Source of the DNA: Eledone cirrhosa
Lineage: Eukaryota
Direction: 5' to 3'
Length of the DNA: 64,000 nucleotides
Assembly: GCA_964016885.1 (NCBI GenBank)
Contig: OZ024746.1
Coordinates: 42,718,001-42,782,000 of the forward strand
The position numbers and the translations under genes were made by a program. Under the pieces are notes generated by a model. That model was not told the DNA's origin. It did no database searches and saw nothing but the letters and a program-made list of their open reading frames with translations. Of this stretch, positions 29,012 through 43,490 are shown one piece after another. How positions within the stretch are numbered: position 1 is the stretch's first letter; the number at the start of each line of letters is the position of its first letter.

Positions 29012-32000
29012 AAATACCAACATTTTAAGGATGAAGGAACTTAAAGCTAGAATAAGTAGCATATTAAATATTGATGGTGAAAGGTATACTATGTCACACC
29101 TAATATATATACACAAAAATAATGAATTGAACAAGTGATCATCATCTATAAAAGTATAAGATATCGCGTGAAATGTTTCTGCCATGTCAATTAATGCAAA
29201 GACATAATTTTAGCCAAGTATTATTCTCAACACTATCTAACAGTAATATCAATTCACCAACACCATAGCACAGTAGTCATTACCATTCATGATCATCAAA
29301 AACACAAGTTTATACAGGTGATTTAAACTTAGAAATTGATGCTTAAAACAAATCACTATTATATAATCTTGATTGATAGCACAAAAATAAGGCATGATAA
29401 AATCAAGTAACACCAGTTTCTGAGAGGAAACAAGCTAATATATACAAATAAAAAGTCTGTGGATAAAAAAGTACAATTCTCATAGGAAAGCCTACCAATT
29501 ATTTATTTTCAAAATATAGCAAAAAAAACAAACAATTGTTTACTTCAGATTTCAGACAAAGTAAGTGCGGCAAGATATTTTATAAATAACATCTTTACAA
29601 ATATCTTATCAGTTATTGAAAATTGTATTGAGAAAATACAAATTTAACATTTTTATTCATCTTTTACACATGCTTCATTCATGGGACTGTGGCCATACTG
29701 GAAATATTAATTCCAGTACTTTCCTGCTGTTTACTCTAGTGACCTTAGCTTGGAATAATAAAAAAGAAAGACAACCTGAGAAGGATTTAAATTCAAACTT
29801 TAAAGATTATAACAATATACCACAATGTATTTTCTTCAATTATCTACTTTTGCTATCCACAAGCAAATATTCATGATATAATAAAATTGAAAATTTCTGC
29901 AAAAAGCCTTTGATTTTATATGGCATAAGAACTTTCTACAATGACTTCTGATTCTTAGAACTAATAATCTACATACCGTATCTATCCCAGTCCATCTAAT
30001 GTACCAATCTTGTGATTCCGAATGTCTCAAATCTCCCAGAAACTAAACTAAACACTTTCTCTTATCAATCCTCTCTTGAACTCCAACTTTTGGGAATTCC
30101 CATACAACATATTTTTCCTGAAGTCAACGACCTTCAAAAGTACTAGCTGAATATGAATAACACTGATCAGTAGGGAGGAGGATGGTGTTAAGATAGCAAA
30201 AGTCATGTATGTTACCTCTTTTCCTCGATTAATTAGTAATAATAGATTAGTGACAGAATTTAAACCATGAGTGATTAGCAATACTTTCTTCCTGTATAGT
30301 TGCATAATCTTAAACTAAAATGAAAGTAAACAGTGTTTGTATTCCAGAAGAAGAAAAGTATTATTTTCTTTTTCTTTTATTTCATATAAAAGACTTTGCA
30401 ATCCACTAAGATTAAATCTGTCAAACAATCCAGTCTCCTAGAAAATAAATCTATAGAACTGTTTCTTATTCAGAGCTATAGAAATAGTGCTTATATTTAG
30501 AGCATTTCCGAACTATATTCCTTCTAAACAAATAAGGGCTGCTTTAGACATGGCAAGTTGCTTTCATTTCCCTCACTAGCATATTCAGACATTAAAAACA
30601 CCAAGCAAAGATAACGTCCTTACAAGACGAGTAGCTTGCTAAAATTACAAGTAAATTATGCATATTTTAGTTTATTTTATTACATGTTTTAAAGTACATA
30701 AAGCTGAGTCAATAGAGTACAAGAAAACTAGTTGATTACAACGAATCTATAGTGTGAACTCAGAAAATAGTATTCTCCCTAGCTGTAAAGAGGAACCAAA
30801 ACATAGAAACAAATTGTGACAAAACAGTTAATTTAGATGGATTATCATTAATTTACACTGGATGCCAAATTAAGTTGCTTTGATTACAGGTCTTCAGTGA
30901 TGTCAGGACAAGAACCTAATGGAACCTGAGTTTCTTTCTTTTTTGTTTCTGCATGTTTGTATTTTCATAATTGCTTTTCATTCCTTTGATCTTCACATTT
31001 GAAGCAACATTGAAATTGATGCATCCAGTTATCATCTTTCATAACTTTTCCTCCTACACATTATTGTAAAGCACATAACTAAAATTTATTATTGTAATTG
31101 GCAGCACAATCTATAGACATTCAGCTAATAATTTTGTTGTATAATTGTAGTAGTTAAATCCTTCCAAAACATCCATTTCTTTTAAATAGAAATCAAGATT
31201 CAAGCCCTAAATCTTAAGAGATCCATCTACAGTAAATAGAGGATGGCAACAGACCAAATTCTACTAAAAAAATGCAGATCACCTTGCATCCACAGTTTAC
31301 TGTTGAGCATTTCACCAATTTGTTATATATTATACATTCGTTCAAGCAAAGTTGACTGGAGTTAGTCAATAACAACTTCCTGCATAAAAATTAAGCTTTC
31401 TCATTTCAAGAGAATACGTTAAACGATGATGATCAATCATGTTAAATAGATTTAATTATTTGTTAACTATGTAAAATAATTTCACAAAAAATATTTTGTT
31501 AAATCTTTGTCTTGAACTATGCAATAAATATATAGGGCGAGGACAATTTTCTAAAATTATATTTTCTTTAGTCAAAAATTGAAAATGTTGATTATTTTAG
31601 TGAAGCTGATCAATATGGATGTTAAAAAAAGAAAAATCAGCAAATATGTACCATTGCAATGAACAACAATACAGCATGAACAACAGCAGTTGTGATCTAC
31701 ATAAAGCTTACAATCATATGGTATGGTTAAATCACTAATCTAGTTAAACAACAAGTAGAGGATTATCAGTAAATGTTGTTCATATTTGAAGATAATCCAC
31801 TCATTATTGACTTCATTAGGATGTTAAGCTAGATAAAGATTTATCAAAACACTTTTCAAACAATTCAAATGTTTATGTTTATCAAAGCAATAGACTTCAA
31901 CTAAATCAAAGTCTTCATTACCCTAGTTAATTATTCACCTGGAATAATATACAAGAAAATACCTGATCAAATGACGAGGAATAATATTTTCCTGACATTT

Positions 32001-35000
32001 AAATCTCAGTAAATCCGATTTGGTCATTCTATCACACAAAATAAAATCCATTATAAATATAACAGTAAAAATCTTCTCTTTCTTATAAAATGTAATTTTA
32101 TAAAAGTATTTTATATCAGAGTACTCAGCTGATTTTATAATCTACAGTTAGAATAATTTAGTAATGAATTGATTTTCACAGCTGGAATATTAAATTGCAA
32201 GAAGGTAGTAGATACTTCCTATGTAAAGGTAATCAACAATATATCATCTTCAAGCAAAATTATATATCAGTATTTCTATAAAACATCTTAGTTGTGAAGG
32301 GAATTATAATAAAGGATTAAGATGGGGACAATGCATTGCTCAAATATTAGAGTTGTGTTCAAATTAGTAATACAACTATTGAAATCATTTTCAGTTCTAC
32401 AAAAGATAATAATACACCTGTTCAGTAATACGTGCAATTTGGGTAAAAATATTAAGGGAATACGTTTATCTATTTCCATTGAAGATTATTCATTAGAAAG
32501 CTAATGAAGTTCAAACAGGATGTAATAAATCTTGTTTGGTTATCCTTTGCAAGATCTCACACCTACTATTCACTTGGGCAACAAACTAATAAGAAAAGAT
32601 ATTAAGAAACATGACCGTTCATCACCATTTTACATCTATTTTCCATTTTTGCATGGGTTAGAAATCTTCATATAATTATGCAAATACAAGTGAAATAAAG
32701 GTGGTAAAACGTAGTTATCAATAGTATGCTTGAAAATAACCAATAATCTTTTCAGGTTGTAAAACTACTGAAGACTTTCCTTTCAGTGTTGTAAAAAAAA
32801 ATAAGTGGTGAATTCCATCCATCAATGGCAAGGTTTGAGGTATATACAATTAGGTGAAGTGAAATGTCTCACCCAGTAGTTGCATTATACATATAAACTT
32901 GGATTTAGGGTTGTTACACTTACACTTTCAAATATAAGCAATTACTTGTAAGTGATTAAAGTTGGACATTTTCACTTATAAGTAAAATTTAAAGTAGTTT
33001 ATCTAATTTCATTAGGAAATTCATTTAAAATTATATATATATGAGTATATATGCATTTGTAACATTAGTTTTAAAACCTATATGAAAATAGCATGATTAT
33101 TGTATTTATGTAATTAGAACTGAAAATAAAATGAACAGTGTTTCCTCACAGGTTTGGACTCCAATAACAGCAAAAACTTATGAACATTTGAGTAGGATAA
33201 AATAGAAAACATTTTGTTTAATTTTGAGCAATTAAAATCTGATGAAGATAAAAAAAATCTAAAGCTATTAAAATTCTTAAATGCCTTAATGCTAAATAAA
33301 GATTTACAGCATAACATTGAGGTTACATAAAAGTTTCATCATTCTATACTATTTTTATATTCTTCACAAATTATTGACTTCATTAAACTCATTCCTCTCC
33401 AAACTACTAACAGCTATGGCTGCAGGTCGAGAGATTGGCATAGTAGTAGTGGCGTGTTTATGTGAAACAGTAGTTGAAATGTGTAGATAATTCAATAACG
33501 CCAAGTCAATATGATCTGTGAGGAAACAGATCAATGAGTGCTATCAAACAAATACATTGAGGATACAAATCCATTAATAAAGAAGGCCAGCTGTTTCAGA
33601 AACCTTCAAAACTAAGTTGCTTTATTATCCTCTTTGAAGAAGGATGAAGGTATCTGCTGAACTATAAAGATCTAAACACAAATTTCTGACAATAAATCAT
33701 TATATTTCTCTAAACCTTTTATCAGGAACATATCTTTAAGTTTGTGTTTTCTTAAAGCATCACTGAATGGGTATTAGTAAAATTCTAAATCTCTGAATTT
33801 TGTCCAGTCCTCTATCCTGATATATTCTTCTCCAAGTTGAACCAACATGGAGCCTAAGCCCCAGCTAATATTTTTTTCATCTCAACAAGGCATGCCGGTA
33901 TTACAGTAAAGAAACAATGCAAACATTAGAGGACAAACAGGATTCATAATTATAACAATTATTTCTGATACAGGCAAAAGGAAACACATTTCTTTTGGTG
34001 AGGGGAAGGTATATTGCTTTCTTATCTAACCCCAAAGCAAGAACTTTTGTTGGAAAGTGAGCAGTTGACTATGTCAATACCAACATTTCACTGCTAAAGT
34101 TGTCCTTGGCAGGATTTGAAAGAGTGAGACTACTACACTCTCATAATTCTTCCAATAATTGAGAGAATGGATATATTTAAGGATGTTGAGACATAAATAA
34201 CAATAAATGGCTTAGGTTTTGTGCAAAATACTAACACTAGCTGGCATTAGTGATAGCCAATGTTTGAAACAATTGGTTTGACATAGTCTCTCTGCAAATT
34301 ATACTTAGATATCTGTGTTTTTCTTGTGTTTCTATGGCCTAAAATATTGGGATTCTGTTACCTCACAGGAGACATTTTATGAACCAGCACTCACTCAATA
34401 TGCCATTTACAACTACATTTTTTTTTTTTTTTCTTTTGGTTACAACCTAGATTCTTTTCATGACTTTTCACTAAAAACAGTTCCGGTACAAATGCTTTTT
34501 TTAAAAATGCTCTGACAACTCATTGATTCTAATTTCTTATCTATTCAGTTTGTACAAAAATGAAAGAAAAAGAAAAGCAGCAGGCAAACGTTACACAACA
34601 CCTCTTAGAATACCAGCGAATTAAATTTTTTTTAGATAAAACCCATTCTTTTTACACATACACATGGTCCCTTTCTTCTTAAAAAAAAAATTAAAAAGGG
34701 AAGATTAAGTCTCAGTTACAAGACAGAAAGTGAAGTTCTACTTCACATTATACAAGCTTTGTCTGGGACATTCAATACATCAAAGTAGCTTTGCCCTCAT
34801 TACATACAATTTAAACTAATAGCTTAGACAATAGTGTCTGCTAAGCATGCAATGTTCAGCTACCCAAACATTCTTTCCCAGCATACTGGCCTACTTATAT
34901 GAAAAAGCATGTATATATATTGATTTAAAAACAACTTCGTCTGACTAGTTTCTTAAAATTATTAAATATTAGTAGATAGATATTAGATGAGCTTTTATAT

Positions 35001-35136
35001 TTTAATGAAATAAGGAGTTGCAAATATTAACAGATTCTATTGGAATAGTATTTTGTCAAATACATTTATTTCACTATGTATGTGAGTATAATCTTTGAAC
35101 AGGCCAAGGTCACTAACCCTAAACACAAATAACAAA

Positions 35137-35190
35137 TGCAAGCAGGGAAAAAGCGGACGTAAAATGAAATGATGATGATGATGATGATGA
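35137..35190 (+). mobile_element. SINE family A 3' fragment
   Basis: tgcaagcagggaaaaagcggacgtaaaatgaaat(gat)n. Confidence 0.8.
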
Positions 35191-38100
35191 TATATATATA
35201 TCTCATGTATATATATATATATAAAACAATGATGTCGCATATATGCATGCATACATACATGTACATATATACATAAACATATACATATATATTTCAATAT
35301 TTCATGTCTACAAACAAATTACTGATATATATATAGTTCTCTACCAGAATACATTTACATTATTTGAAGACACAATTGTAACCAAATGATTTCAAAGTTG
35401 ATCACTATAATTGTACAACATGAATAAAAAAAAAATGAGCAGCCATATTTAGTAAAAACTAGGAAAATTTTATTTTAATTATTTTATCATTTCAGATAGT
35501 ATTATTTTAATCTACTATCATCATAATCATTATCATTATTTAGAAAAAGAAAAAAAATCTACTGTAAAATCTTAAAAGTCTTCGATAATCGCAAGAGATT
35601 TAATTTGATTCATTAGTATACAACTAAAATTCGATTTAAAAATAAGAGATTTGGTAAAATGTTGAAAGGAAAGGCAATTTTTTAAAATGTTTTAATCATT
35701 AAAATATTAACAACTAAAGCAATGAAGAAAAATAGTAATTTTAGCAGCTTAATATCAGAAAGTAAAAAAGAAAATAAGCAAAATAATTTCCAATATCTTA
35801 ACAGAATAAATTAACACTTGAAATTAGCATGTTTAAACATTTTTTAATATTTCTCATCTTGAGAATATTTTCAGAAAATAACCTACATTTATTTATACTC
35901 ACAATAATAATGTCTAGATTTTGTTCAAACATGGATTTCTAAGCCAATAAATAAACATGGATATGAAACTGTATACAATATGTTATATTAAACAGATCAA
36001 GGAAAACTTTTATTATGTCAACTACATTTTACGAAGAGAAGTTATACAATGATGGAAATATGAAAATGAAAGATAAAAACAAAATTAAGTACTGAAAAGT
36101 AGAGGAAAGGGCCATAAAACTTTAGTTGACTAAAACAGACTTTTATGTCTTTTACTTCTTGCGTGTCAAAGACATTAGTTTCATTTGTGAAGAACAAATC
36201 CAAACAAAATAATTACAGCAAATTTGATCAAAATATGTTTTATTTCATTTTCAACAAATTTGGGAAGAATGCAAAATGTTACTTGTAATCTTGGACAAAG
36301 AGTTATCATTATCATTATTATGACCATTTAATATTTATTTTCCATGCTTGCAAGGTTAGAAAGGTTGCCCTGTTCTGAACCTAAACAAATCAGGTAACCA
36401 CATACTGCTCAAACATTGTTTTTGGTTTAGTTTCTATGACTGGATGTACTTCCTAATGCCAACTACCTTACAACCTATACTATATGCATGTTAATATAAC
36501 ACCAGCACTGTCACCTTACAGAGTGGACTAGGTATATTTTATCATGACACCAGCACTACCACTTTCCACATTGCTCTGGGTGTGTTTTAAAATACCAAAA
36601 ACAGTACTGGTACTGAAGTTAAAAAGATGAGAAATAAAAGAAAATGGGTTGTTTTCCCAAATGTATTTACCAGTAGGATAAATGAAATAAATAGGACTTT
36701 ATCTCTTACTCAAAGACAGTCACTAGGATATCCATTCTTCTATTTAAAATTTACAATTGGATATGAGATAGGTATATATTTACATTTTGGATATTCATGT
36801 TTTTTATAGTGTTATTTTATTTTCTAACCCATATATACCAGGGCTCTTTTAACAAACCAATAAAAGAGCCATTACACAGTTGCTCATGCTGTGAAAAATG
36901 ATAGTCAAATCTTCCTGAACTTGCACTCTATTCACTCAGAAAAAAATGAAAGACATATCAGATCACACAGTCCATTATATACAAAATTACAGGACAAACG
37001 GATTTTATCACAGGTCTGCTGGATCAAGACTGACCTAGGGCTAAACCACAACTAATGTTTCTTAGATATCCACCTCAGAAAACAGCTGTTCTATTTCAGT
37101 TACTACTGAGTTTTTTCAACATATTTTTGAAGTAATATAGAAGTAAAACAGAAGTAAGAAACAGAAAACAAACACATCAACATAACTGAGCTTCCTCACA
37201 AGATAAGAGAAGATAACATCTACAAACAATTACATGGCTATGAAGTTCTGCATGGAGCTGATTAGTTTCCTACGCACACAGTTTCAGCAAATATATATAT
37301 AACCCATTCTAGTGTGAAAAATGGATGTAAAACAGCGATGATGATATATATATATATATATATATGATATTATCATTATCATTTATCATAAAAAATGTCA
37401 TGGTAGAGAATAACCAGGTTAAAGAAATAGGTTGTACTGAGATGAGTAAGAAGAACAATGCCTAACTTATGGACTAAAATGTCAGTAGTACTTCATGGCC
37501 TGTAATCATGTGCATGTTCAAACCCTTATAAATATTTCCTCTTTAATAAGCTACATATAATATTCAGTTTAACATATATAATTTCATTGATTATACATTT
37601 CTCTTGAACTGGAGAGTAATTCAGAAAGAATATATCATACAACAACAAGGATGTTATGGTCATTTTACTTGTTAAAGTAGTGCTTAGCCATGTGGGTCCC
37701 ATGAAATACCTCATACTGATCAACTACCCCTGGAGAACCTTTATCAAACACACAAACCCTATCTTTTCAGAGTTGGCTGCTTTTATAGCTGGTCAAGTGA
37801 CCATGTAACATCTTCATTGGCTTAAATACTAAAGTGCTTGATAATTTTATTAGATTCTCCAGCTTGTGTAAATTTTAAGCAAATAGTTAAAATAGATATA
37901 ATTTTTCTAATAGATTAATTTTTAAAGCATTGACTGAAAATGTAACAAAGTATGAACTACAAATTCTCTTAATTATATTCAAAATGTCCACGTAGTACTT
38001 TCAAATTTATAAATTTTGTTAAAAAATGAACTTATTTGAAACTTACTAATCAACAAATTAGCAATAAATTATATACACATTTGTTTAAACAAGGAAAATA

Positions 38101-39967
38101 AATGATAAAATAGAATGAATACGAAAATATATACTTATAAAAGTTAGCTGTTTCTAAGTCCATTTACTAAATTAAGTTACAATTCTTCAAGACAAAATTT
38201 ATTTTACACAAAAAAACAAACAAATTAGTATAATTAGAATTAAATAAAACAACATGGGGAAAAGGTCAAGTAATAATGCTTAAAATAAAACTACATAGCA
38301 TTTAATCTTTGATAATTAGTAGAAGTAAATAAAATGAAGATAAATTATAAATTTATAAATAAATAGGGGAATAAGTAAAATGGAACCAAATTCAACCAAA
38401 GACAAAGAATGAAAGCATGTTTAGATTGGATATTCTTTGGTTGATAAAAAAGACATAAATCATACTAATAGTTACTCCTAGCAAGCTAATGATAACACCT
38501 CAGCAAAATTGAGGAATTAACCAAATTCCATTGCATTTTATATCTAAAAGAAATTAATTTTTTGACTGAACACACTATTTAAAACTACTTATCAAAGCAG
38601 TCAGTTAAGGCTAATCTATTACCAAGTGAACTTTGCTGGCAATTCATTAATGTGAAAATAAAATTTAAAAGCAACATAAAAACTAAAAAGTAAATTAGAA
38701 GCATTCCATAAACTAGCAGGTGCTGGATGATTCTCAGAACTCAGATATTTTAATGATATCTTGGAGAAGCTATTTTACAGCTGGAGGCCCTTCCTAATAG
38801 TAACAACTCAGCCGTAAAATAGGAGCGGTATCTAATTTTAGTTAGCTGAACTTAGGCAAGCAGAGTCATGTACCTAGCCTAATTGCACAACATTATCCCA
38901 GGTGATGGGATTGAACTTGTGACCTGAAATACTTATAGGAGAAAAATCCCTGACATCATTAAATAATATGATAGGATTGAGCATCCGCCAAATTTGATGT
39001 CTAGATACAGTAACGATTAAAAGAGTCTGTCAAAGTATTCAAATTATTCTATACATAATTAATAATGCCACACTCCCTCTCAGAAAAGATAATCAATGAG
39101 TGCATTTTTATAAGATTTGAAATTTAATTCAGGTTAGATATTGAAAATATGTATCCTTTATCCTTTCTACAGCTGCAACTTAAAGGATAATGTATGAATT
39201 CTGAGGTTTAGATTTTGTTAAGTTTTAATTAGAATCTTGTTAACAAAGATTAGAATTTATTCAAAGGAAGCAGAAGTTGCTAATTCAATGAGCACTTCAT
39301 AAAGCTAGTACATTCAAGAAAAAAATTTAGTTTCTTCCAAATGAGCAAATATTTGAAATTATTAATGGCAGCTGTTGCACTATTGTTGATTCAGTTTCTG
39401 ATGGTTTATTCCAATGCATATTTACAAAGAAAGTTAAAGCAACTTCTTTCAAGCTGTCCCTAATTCTTCCTGTTGAATCATCGTACAATCAGTCTAAGAC
39501 ACAGTGAACAAAATCCATTGCAGCATCCTCGTTATTGTAATCCATCATACAATGATCAAGATAAATTTATATACAATTGACAAATAAGGTTGATACTTCA
39601 GTAAAACGAAAGAAAATAGTAAAACTTTAAATAAACAGATTCGAGATTTTCTCACAAACAATTTGCAAAGTTAACACCTAAATGTTTAATGATATTACAA
39701 ATAGTAAATTGAAATACAAGAAGAAACAATAGTTCTAGTAGTAGAACTAATATTATGAAAACAGAATTTATTATTCAATTTTCAAAACATTTCGAATGAA
39801 AGGAAATTCATGGTTTCATTATTCAGATTTTTCAGAGAAATATATTTTAGATAAATATGAAATACATTTATTCCAGTCATAAATTACAAATAAGAAAGCA
39901 TTTTTAACAATTTTCTTTCTTTGTTTAATAAAATATGAAATTTCATATAGTGATGGTAAAATATAAT

Positions 39968-40035
39968 AGAAGAAAAAGAAAAAGAAGAAAAATAGAAAAG
40001 AAAAAGAAAAAGAAAAAGAAAAAGAAAAAGAAAAA

Positions 40036-40066
<31 letters not shown>

Positions 40067-40160
40067 GAAAAAGAAAAAGAAAAAAATAGAAAAGAAAAAG
40101 AAAAAGAAAAAGAAAAAGAAAAAAAAGAAAAAGAAAAAGAAAAAGAAAAAGAAAAAGAAG
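39968..40160. repeat. (GAAAAA)n polypurine tract
   Basis: Direct reading; source of the K/E- and F-rich artefact ORFs. Confidence 0.95.
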
Positions 40161-40175
40161 AGAATATGTTGAATT

Positions 40176-40768
40176 AACCACATCATCTCTGTCTAGTTTT
40201 AGACATGATTTGGGATTTACATACACTGGATGTTATGCCAACACTATGAAATACCAACAGAAAAAAATATGGCAGAGACACATAAGAAATGGTGTCAGAG
40301 AATGACAAAGCAAACATATTCTGGGAGATTAAAGCCAACCAACCAGATATTATAGTCAAAGACCACAAGGAAAAGTAAATGTTTCCTAATTGATGTATTA
40401 AATCCCAGAGACGACAATATACCTATCAAGGAAGTGGAAGAATTATCCAAATATAAAGATCTAGAGGTAGAAATAATCTGAATGTGAATGATGGAAATAG
40501 AAATAATACCTATAATCATAGCTGCTCTGGGAATGTTAAAAAAATACAGACAAATACATAACCAAAATGCCAGGTCTCACAAATATATACAGCATACAAA
40601 ATATAACAATGTTCCTCAAATACTATGAAAAGTACTTTCAATACAATACAAACAACACTAAAAAACTAAAAACAACGCTATACAGACTCAATGTGCACAG
40701 AGCTGTGCTCAGTAATGCCGTGACGATACGCAATAAAATTATGACTATTAATCACAATAATAATAATG
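40176..40768 (+). pseudogene. Decayed 3' end of an R4/Dong-type non-LTR retrotransposon (restriction-like endonuclease)
   Basis: Frameshifted translation: NHIIS..RHD..YIHWMLCQHYEIP..ENDKANIFW..ANQPDIIVKD..CFLIDV..P.DDNI..KE.E.LSKYKDLEVEI..IIPIIIAALG; PD..D..K motif; ends in (TAA)n. Confidence 0.85.
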
Positions 40769-40989
40769 ATTTCTACTATATACACAAGGCCAGTAATTAA
40801 ATACTTTATTTTATGAACCCCATAAGGATGAAAGGCAAAGTTAACTCAACAATAATAAAAATAATAATAAAATTGCCCACAGGGCCAAAAATATTAAGGG
40901 CAATAGGAATTTTTATAAAAACAAGTCAACATTAAAAAAAAACATTTAAAAAAATCAATGGTACCAATAAATAAATAACAACAGAAATA

Positions 40990-41148
40990 ATAATTGTCTC
41001 TACTTTAGGCACAAGGCCAGCAATTACCCTGTGCATTACTGGTACTTTATTTTATCGACCCCGTAAGGATGAGAGGCAAAGTCAACCTCGGCGGGATTTG
41101 AAAGCATGGCGTCCGACCCTCTACTGATACTGCCAATCCACCGCCCTT
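40990..41148 (-). mobile_element. SINE family B (internally deleted); another fragment lies at 40770-40848
   Basis: Reverse complement of 5911-6105 including the head ctgccaatccaccgccc. Confidence 0.85.
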
Positions 41149-41380
41149 AGCAACAGAAATAATAATATTAGCCAAGAACAAAGTAACTCCAACAGTAAAC
41201 AATGTCATCAGCCATGACTTGAGTTAGCAGCAAACAGTTCTGTTGATACAGAAGGAAGAGGGAGTTATAAAAACAAGAAATATAATGACTGCATTTAGAA
41301 TACATCACCACAAATCAGAAATATTTGATATATATGTGTGTGTATATATATATGTGTGTGTATATATATATATATATATA

Positions 41381-41451
<71 letters not shown>

Positions 41452-41479
41452 ATATATATATATTTATATATATATTTAT

Positions 41480-42003
41480 TAAAATAACAGATTAAAGTTT
41501 AAGCAAAGAATTGCTGCTTTCACCCTTAACGGGATCTTCTGAAACTAACAAAGTCAATCTGTAAACGCAGAAGTGGATATTTCATAAAACGTTGCAACCG
41601 GAAGAAGACAGGAAGACAATACTTTGGTTCGTGGAAACGTTCGCTGGCAAAGAACGGGAAAAAACGAATATAATACGTCATTAATAGGAGCGGTGAAAAA
41701 CAATTACACGTAAAGACAGGACCACGTCTATGGTATAACAGAAGTCGTAAACTAATGTTCTCTTAGGTGGTTCATAGAGACATTCTCTGGCAATGATCAG
41801 AAAAAACGAAGATAATACGTCATATGTGGAGCGTGGAGAACAATTGCACGCAAGAACAAAACCATGTAAATGGTATAGCTGAAGTCGTAGACTAAAATTC
41901 TAACTAGGAAACCGAATGATTCTCCGCTCTTCGGTTCTTATATATTTGATATATATTTATCCTTATCGAGCCCTCTTTGGATTTTAGTCTTCAAGTTTAT
42001 TAT
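41480..42003 (-). mobile_element. Penelope-like pLTR remnant with internal ~141-bp duplication
   Basis: Island between (TA)n tracts; hammerhead at 41496-41546; taatacgtca recurs at 41671/41813 and gaagtcgta at 41741/41881. Confidence 0.6.
41496..41546 (-). ncRNA. Type I hammerhead motif, U4A core variant
   Basis: Minus strand: agttt-CAGAAGA-t-ccc gttaa ggg-t-GAAA-gca gcaattctt tgc-TT-aaact; all three stems pair. Confidence 0.65.
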
Positions 42004-42009
42004 TATTAC

Positions 42010-42040
<31 letters not shown>

Positions 42041-42061
42041 GTGTGTGTGTGTGTGTGTGTA

Positions 42062-42134
<73 letters not shown>

Positions 42135-42173
42135 GTGTGTGTGTGTATATATATATATGTATATATATATATA

Positions 42174-42236
<63 letters not shown>

Positions 42237-42261
42237 GTGTGTGTGTGTATATATATATATA

Positions 42262-42301
<40 letters not shown>

Positions 42302-42338
42302 CATATATATATATGCATATATATACATATATATACAA

Positions 42339-42369
<31 letters not shown>

Positions 42370-42404
42370 CAAATATATATATATACAAATATATATATAT
42401 ACAA

Positions 42405-42435
<31 letters not shown>

Positions 42436-42690
42436 CGAATATATATATATACAAATATATATATATACATATATATACAAATATATATATACAAATATGT
42501 ATACAAATATATATATACATATATATATACAAATATATATATATATATACATATATATATACAAATATATATACATATATACATATATATACAAATATAT
42601 ATACATATATACATATAGATACAAATATATATACATATATACATATAGATATACATATATATATATATATATACATATATATACATATAT
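42010..42690. repeat. (TA)n/(TG)n compound microsatellite
   Basis: Direct reading. Confidence 0.95.
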
Positions 42691-43300
42691 GGTGGCAGCC
42701 AAATCGTCTTCGAGTACGGCCACTACTTTATATCCATGTAGGAGAACCCCTACCGATGCGCTGAACGAGTGTGACTTTTTAGTCCAGCCAGCAACTTGAA
42801 AACTCTGGTACAAACACTACACCTGTGACAATTATTGACACTTAGTGCTGGGCCCATGGTACCATGTGACGACAAGTGCAGAGAGATTTCCAGATATAAA
42901 GCAATGCCTGTGCCGTGAAGCTTTTATAGTGAGCAAAGGCATTGCACAAAGCCAGTCCCACTCTCTTAACCAAGATGATATTTACCAAAAAGAAGAACAA
43001 GTCAACATCATTGAATACCATCAGGGTTGCAGGTGTTATATCAGAGTTTTCCTTCTCCTAGAATTCTGCCTTGACAAAGTCTAAGCGGTCATCTCTCCCG
43101 GTGATTTTGGATGGCCATTGACTCTTAAGAGCTCCGTTGCCCTTTGACATGTTTTGTTTTTAGTCCTGCAGGATGTCCAAAGTCACCCTCCTCACCAAGA
43201 TACCTTGGTGGAGTTGCCAGTTTAGTCGCCAACGACCCGACCATGGGACAGGTTGTATTGGGATACATGTTACCAGTAGCACCAACTGGTGACCTGACCA
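42691..43300 (-). mobile_element. Non-autonomous RTE-related retroelement (~610 bp)
   Basis: 3' end tggccgtactcgaagacgatttggctgccacc aligns with the RTE tail tggccatactcgataacgagggggcagccatc at 57274-57305; no long ORF; both ends in (TA)n. Confidence 0.7.
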
Positions 43301-43417
43301 TATACATATATACATACATACATATATACATACATATATATATATATACAAATATATATATATATACATATAGAGATATATATATATATATACATATATA
43401 CATATATATATACATAC

Positions 43418-43448
<31 letters not shown>

Positions 43449-43490
43449 CATATATATAAATATATATATATATACATACATATATATATA

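Noticed and set aside
39819-40226. Poly-K/E and poly-F ORFs
   Set aside because: Translations of the (GAAAAA)n tract
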